Assembly (NCBI GenBank): GCA_000934665.2
Contig: KZ538059.1
Span: forward strand, 62,001 to 126,000
Reading direction: 5' to 3'
DNA length: 64,000 nucleotides
Origin: Catajapyx aquilonaris
Lineage: Eukaryota
Position 1 is the stretch's first letter. Every line of letters begins with the position of its first letter. Both the position numbers and the translations under genes were made by a program. The notes under the pieces were generated by a model. That model was not told the origin of the DNA and ran no database searches. It saw only the letters and a list, made by a program, of their open reading frames with translations. Positions 59,829-64,000 of this stretch are shown here, piece by piece.

Positions 59829-62800
59829 TGGCTCCACTGTACAAGGAGTTTTGGTGTTTCAGGAGTTCGCCGGAGTTTCTCGATGTTTGGTGGGAGTTCG
59901 TGAGTTGATCGCAAGCAACTGTAACACGGCAGTGGAAGCAAAGAGTAAGCAATGCCAAAAATGGCACAGGAGTGCACAAGTTCTCTCATTATATATTTAT
60001 TTACATTATGTACAATCCAGAATAGGAGAATGAGCTCATACCAAAAAATAAGGTTACAACTTCATCAAAAATAATACGATGATTTGACAGCCACTAAAAT
60101 ATTAATAATGAACAGAATAGTGGCAGATGATCAGGCCATGCTGTTGTAAAAGAGCTGAGTCAAGGTGAACTTGCGTGTAGGTCAGTACCAGGTGGTAACG
60201 GTAGTTATCAGCAAGGTCAAGGCACCAAGACTACAGTCCAACATTAACTCAAATCACATCAATTTACTTCCATCTGCAATCACTGGTAGAATAAAAATTA
60301 TTGCGGGCCACTAAAATCCATCCTGCTGGAAGGCATCATTTGCATAAGTGACACCACAGCGTGATTATAGAAAACTTCTCTGACGAATTACCCACTAATA
60401 CGTAATCTAGAGTTTAACCACGCCACCAAGGACCGTCGATGAAAGGCTGAATTATGTGCGGCGTTTCATCCATGCTGACTTCCAGTAAATTGCAGATCAG
60501 CTTGGCTGTTACATTTTGCCTGCTATAGTTTCTCCACAATTAAGCCTATTGCTGATTAGCCAACAGGCAAAAATTGTTCAACAGGGAGGAAAATATGTTT
60601 CATCTGTACGTCTACTTTCACGAATGTGGGAAATGTGTAGCGCAAGTTTTACGTATACACTCGGTACACTGAAGGTTGGTTCTGCTGGTAGATTCTGCGG
60701 ATACCTCTAGATTTTAAAGAGCGGGTCAAATGTGTTGCGTGGGCATGTCTACAATCTAATTTTTTATACTTGTAGTTCCAGATCCCGGATCTGTTATACT
60801 GTATCTCTATTTTTATCTGTATTATTTTTATTGAAGCTTTTGTGAAAACGAGCGTTCTAGTTAAACATGAAGGCCCAAAGGTCAGTTAATGTTTTGATGT
60901 AGTTATTTTCGGTTACGTACGTGTAATAAGTTTTGTGACAGATGATAACAATTGTTTTATTTGAAAATATTTTATTTTTGTGGCATTATTAATGAAGCAG
61001 ATTGACTTTTTGAAATGAAATATTGTAGAAAAAGGAAAATTGGAGTCATCTGAATAATAACAAAAAATTAAAATGCCTCAATGAGAAAGAGTAGTCTATT
61101 GAATTGTGGATATTACACGTGGTATTATTTGACGTCGGCAAATTGCTACATCAGCTTGAAATAGGGCCAGTTGGACCTCACCAAACAGCGCCTGTACACC
61201 ATGTCCTACTTGGAGAGGGTTAGTAAATACGCAATCCGGATTGTCCTTTCTATCACCCACCAGCAAATTCCCTCTTGCCATGATTTCGTAATGTTCCCTG
61301 CGTTATTCAAAGACCTATTCAAAGTGGTGCCTTTTTTTCCCGAGTTTACCGGAATTTGGCCAGAGTTACAAGAGTTAGGTCGGAATTCGGCTGGAGTTAT
61401 GGCTACTCGGAGTTGATAGGACTTTGTGAGATAATTGTATATCTGTTGACTTTGATAAGATGTGTGGAATCCGTTAGTCGTGATGTTTATTTGTGTGAAT
61501 TACGTATATCAACTTCATCCGATCATGTAATAATAGTGTAAAAAATGTTGTTTACAGTAGGTTTCAGAATATATTGAGCTCCCATCGGTATCGGTTGGAA
61601 AGTCGCGAACAAGAGAAGTTGGACCCCCATAATCACTTGACGCTAGAGAGTCCGTAACATTTACACCAATACGGATGGGAGTTCACACTTATGCAGGATA
61701 TCGTCTAGGTCACAGAACGTGACAATAACTCAACAGACTGTCATGTCGACTATATATCCTAGCTTATTGACGACGAAGTGTACGGAATCAGTCTGAAAAC
61801 TGCTAATTCAAACGTCCAGTTCCCATGATAATGTCCGAAAGAGCAATCGACTTTTACTCGTCTTTCCGAATGTTTAGCAGTTTTATGTTGGGCGTAAAAA
61901 GCCTTTTCAAGTTTATGAAATGGTGAGAGCCAGCTCTACGTTATTTTCAAAGATACGCATATGTACTTTACGATGATATTCTGCTGAGAATAATGAATAT
62001 TAAGCTGCATGAGGGAGGTTATGAGCGGATGGGAGAAAGGAATGAAGTGGAGAGGGGAGATGAGATGGTATGAATTGATTGGTGAAGCTTCAGTCTACCT
62101 TTATAGATACTGTATTCCTTTGTGGTTTTACGTTCCGACGGGCTGTAATATAAATAAACTTATACTGTCCTTAAATTAAAATATGCTCCAAAAACGCACA
62201 TACAAATGTTTTAGCTTTAAAAATGAACCAGCCTGATTTCTCTCTTAATTTACCAGTTTTATGGTATGTATATGTGTGGAGGGAGGGGGAGTGGACGAGG
62301 ATAAACACCGTATTTTTCCGGTACGTAGTACATGAAAGACTCGTTAGGATTGCACAGAGTTGATACATTCCGTCCTACCAAAAAGGCACATCTGAACATT
62401 GCTATCAGGTCATGTTTTTATCGAGTAGTCTGGCCCAAACGACCTTGTCACAATGTGCCCAATATAGCCTTTTTTCGGTAAAGTGCAGAATAATAGTACA
62501 AATAACAATTCCTATTGATGCTAATGTTTAATGTTGAATGCCACGATTTCATGGAACCCTGGTTGAAAAAACAGTGTTTGGGAATCCCTGAGGAGGAGGA
62601 ATATGCAGCATAGAGGTAGAAATATCAGGTCTCTTGTGGTAGAAAATGGGATGATTGTCATTCCTTCGGAGCATTTGGAAGTCAATATTGCTCCCCGAAA
62701 CGTGGGAAAACGTACCGGAATATGCGCGACCATATTTTAAAAACTTGGATGATGCTCCGCTTATAGAGACGTCTGACGGGGTGAAGTGAAATACTCCAGA

Positions 62801-64000
62801 TGGAGCGTCAACATATAGAATTACATGCGTCTTAAAGTCAAGTCCTACTTATGGCAGAGAATGATTTCCTGGAATTTTTGCTTGGTTTATTCAGGTCCCC
62901 GTCAAATTTCAGTAGTACTTGTATATGCCTATGAAGCATAGAGAGGTGCTCGGTGAAGAAAACAGCCTCCCCATTTCTACATGGGAATTGGGGGGAAATT
63001 TTGAGAAAAAGCGCCAAACTTGAACTGTTAGCACAGCATAGAATATGCGGTGGTTTACCTCTGCCTAACTTGTAAATAATTACAGATTTAGTATTATCAA
63101 ATTTTATAGTTACTATTAACAAACAATTGTCCAACGCTACAAATTAATAGCGCAGAATTTGTGTACAAACACTGCTGTACTTGCGTAAATATTTATTTCA
63201 GTTCATAATGTGGTGAACGGGGGGGGGGGGGGGGGNGTTATAGTAATATTTTGTTAACCTTTATGAATACTGTTGTGTCGGGCTTTGGTTGAATATGGAT
63301 TCTGTGTCTCACAACAGTTGCATTCCACATCAAAGGCTAATTTAAATTATGCAACATATGGAAATCTTCGCAATGTTATGTCAAATTAATAATTATTTTG
63401 ATCAGTTTCATTAACATTTTCCTTGAATCAATAAGTACTTGCACATTTTGTCACCATAATTTGAGCATTAACCGTTCACAAATCACGCGTGACATGGGCT
63501 AACCAACAAATCTGATACAATAAATTCAATCGAATAAACAGTGTCAACACATCCAACCTACTCCAGAGGCCTAAATCTTAGCAGGTGACGAGTAGGTGGT
63601 GCATGTACTGAACATAAACCCATTCGGGCTGAATGAACGTAAGTTATGAATACGAATATGGTTGACTCAGGTCAGGGATCGGCTCAAGCGAAACGTGACA
63701 GGTAAGCGTTGTCATGCAGAGAGGCCATGATACCATTAGGATAAGGATGGAAAGAAAAATGATATTGAGGGAGGGGAATTGAAATCAGCAGTTGAGCTCC
63801 CTGCATGCAAGCCATGATAAAAGCCGAGCAAAACAAGAGAAAAAAGGGGAGGCCATCCCCGGCTAATGATGAGATTAGTCAAATGAAGCTGACAATGACC
63901 GAAGGTTTGTAGTTGGTGTCTCATTAGAATTAATGGAGACACTCAAATTAGTCAGATGGGATTGCACCGACAGGAAATGAAATGAAGGCAATTTAGGAGA

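Overview
This is eukaryotic genomic DNA from an arthropod, most likely an insect, and it is mostly intronic. The main feature is a + strand Beaten path (Beat) family gene with two Ig domains, closest to the Beat-III subgroup by my recall of its motifs. Four coding exons (1093-1298, 15286-15421, 36814-36947, 38820-39057) join in frame across GT-AG introns of about 14.0, 21.4 and 1.9 kb. The signal-peptide exon lies upstream of the window and I could not identify the terminal exon. The introns hold several non-autonomous transposon relics: Tc1/mariner-, pogo- and hAT-type MITEs, fold-back elements, a tRNA-derived SINE and a DINE/HINE-like element. The most unusual region is about 55.9-59.9 kb on the minus strand. 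It holds an uninterrupted zinc-finger ORF with a Pro/acidic 10-aa tandem repeat and recently duplicated C2H2 and FOG/U-shaped-like C2HC fingers, plus a hAT MITE in its putative 3' UTR. Upstream of it is a duplicated module: a ~290-bp repeat, then two adjacent loop-less palindromes, then a 60-80-bp motif. The two palindrome pairs share architecture but not sequence. A frame-preserving 21-nt microexon candidate sits in the first Beat intron. I saw no rRNA, intact tRNA, CRISPR array or autonomous transposon. All family assignments come from reading motifs; no database searches were run.
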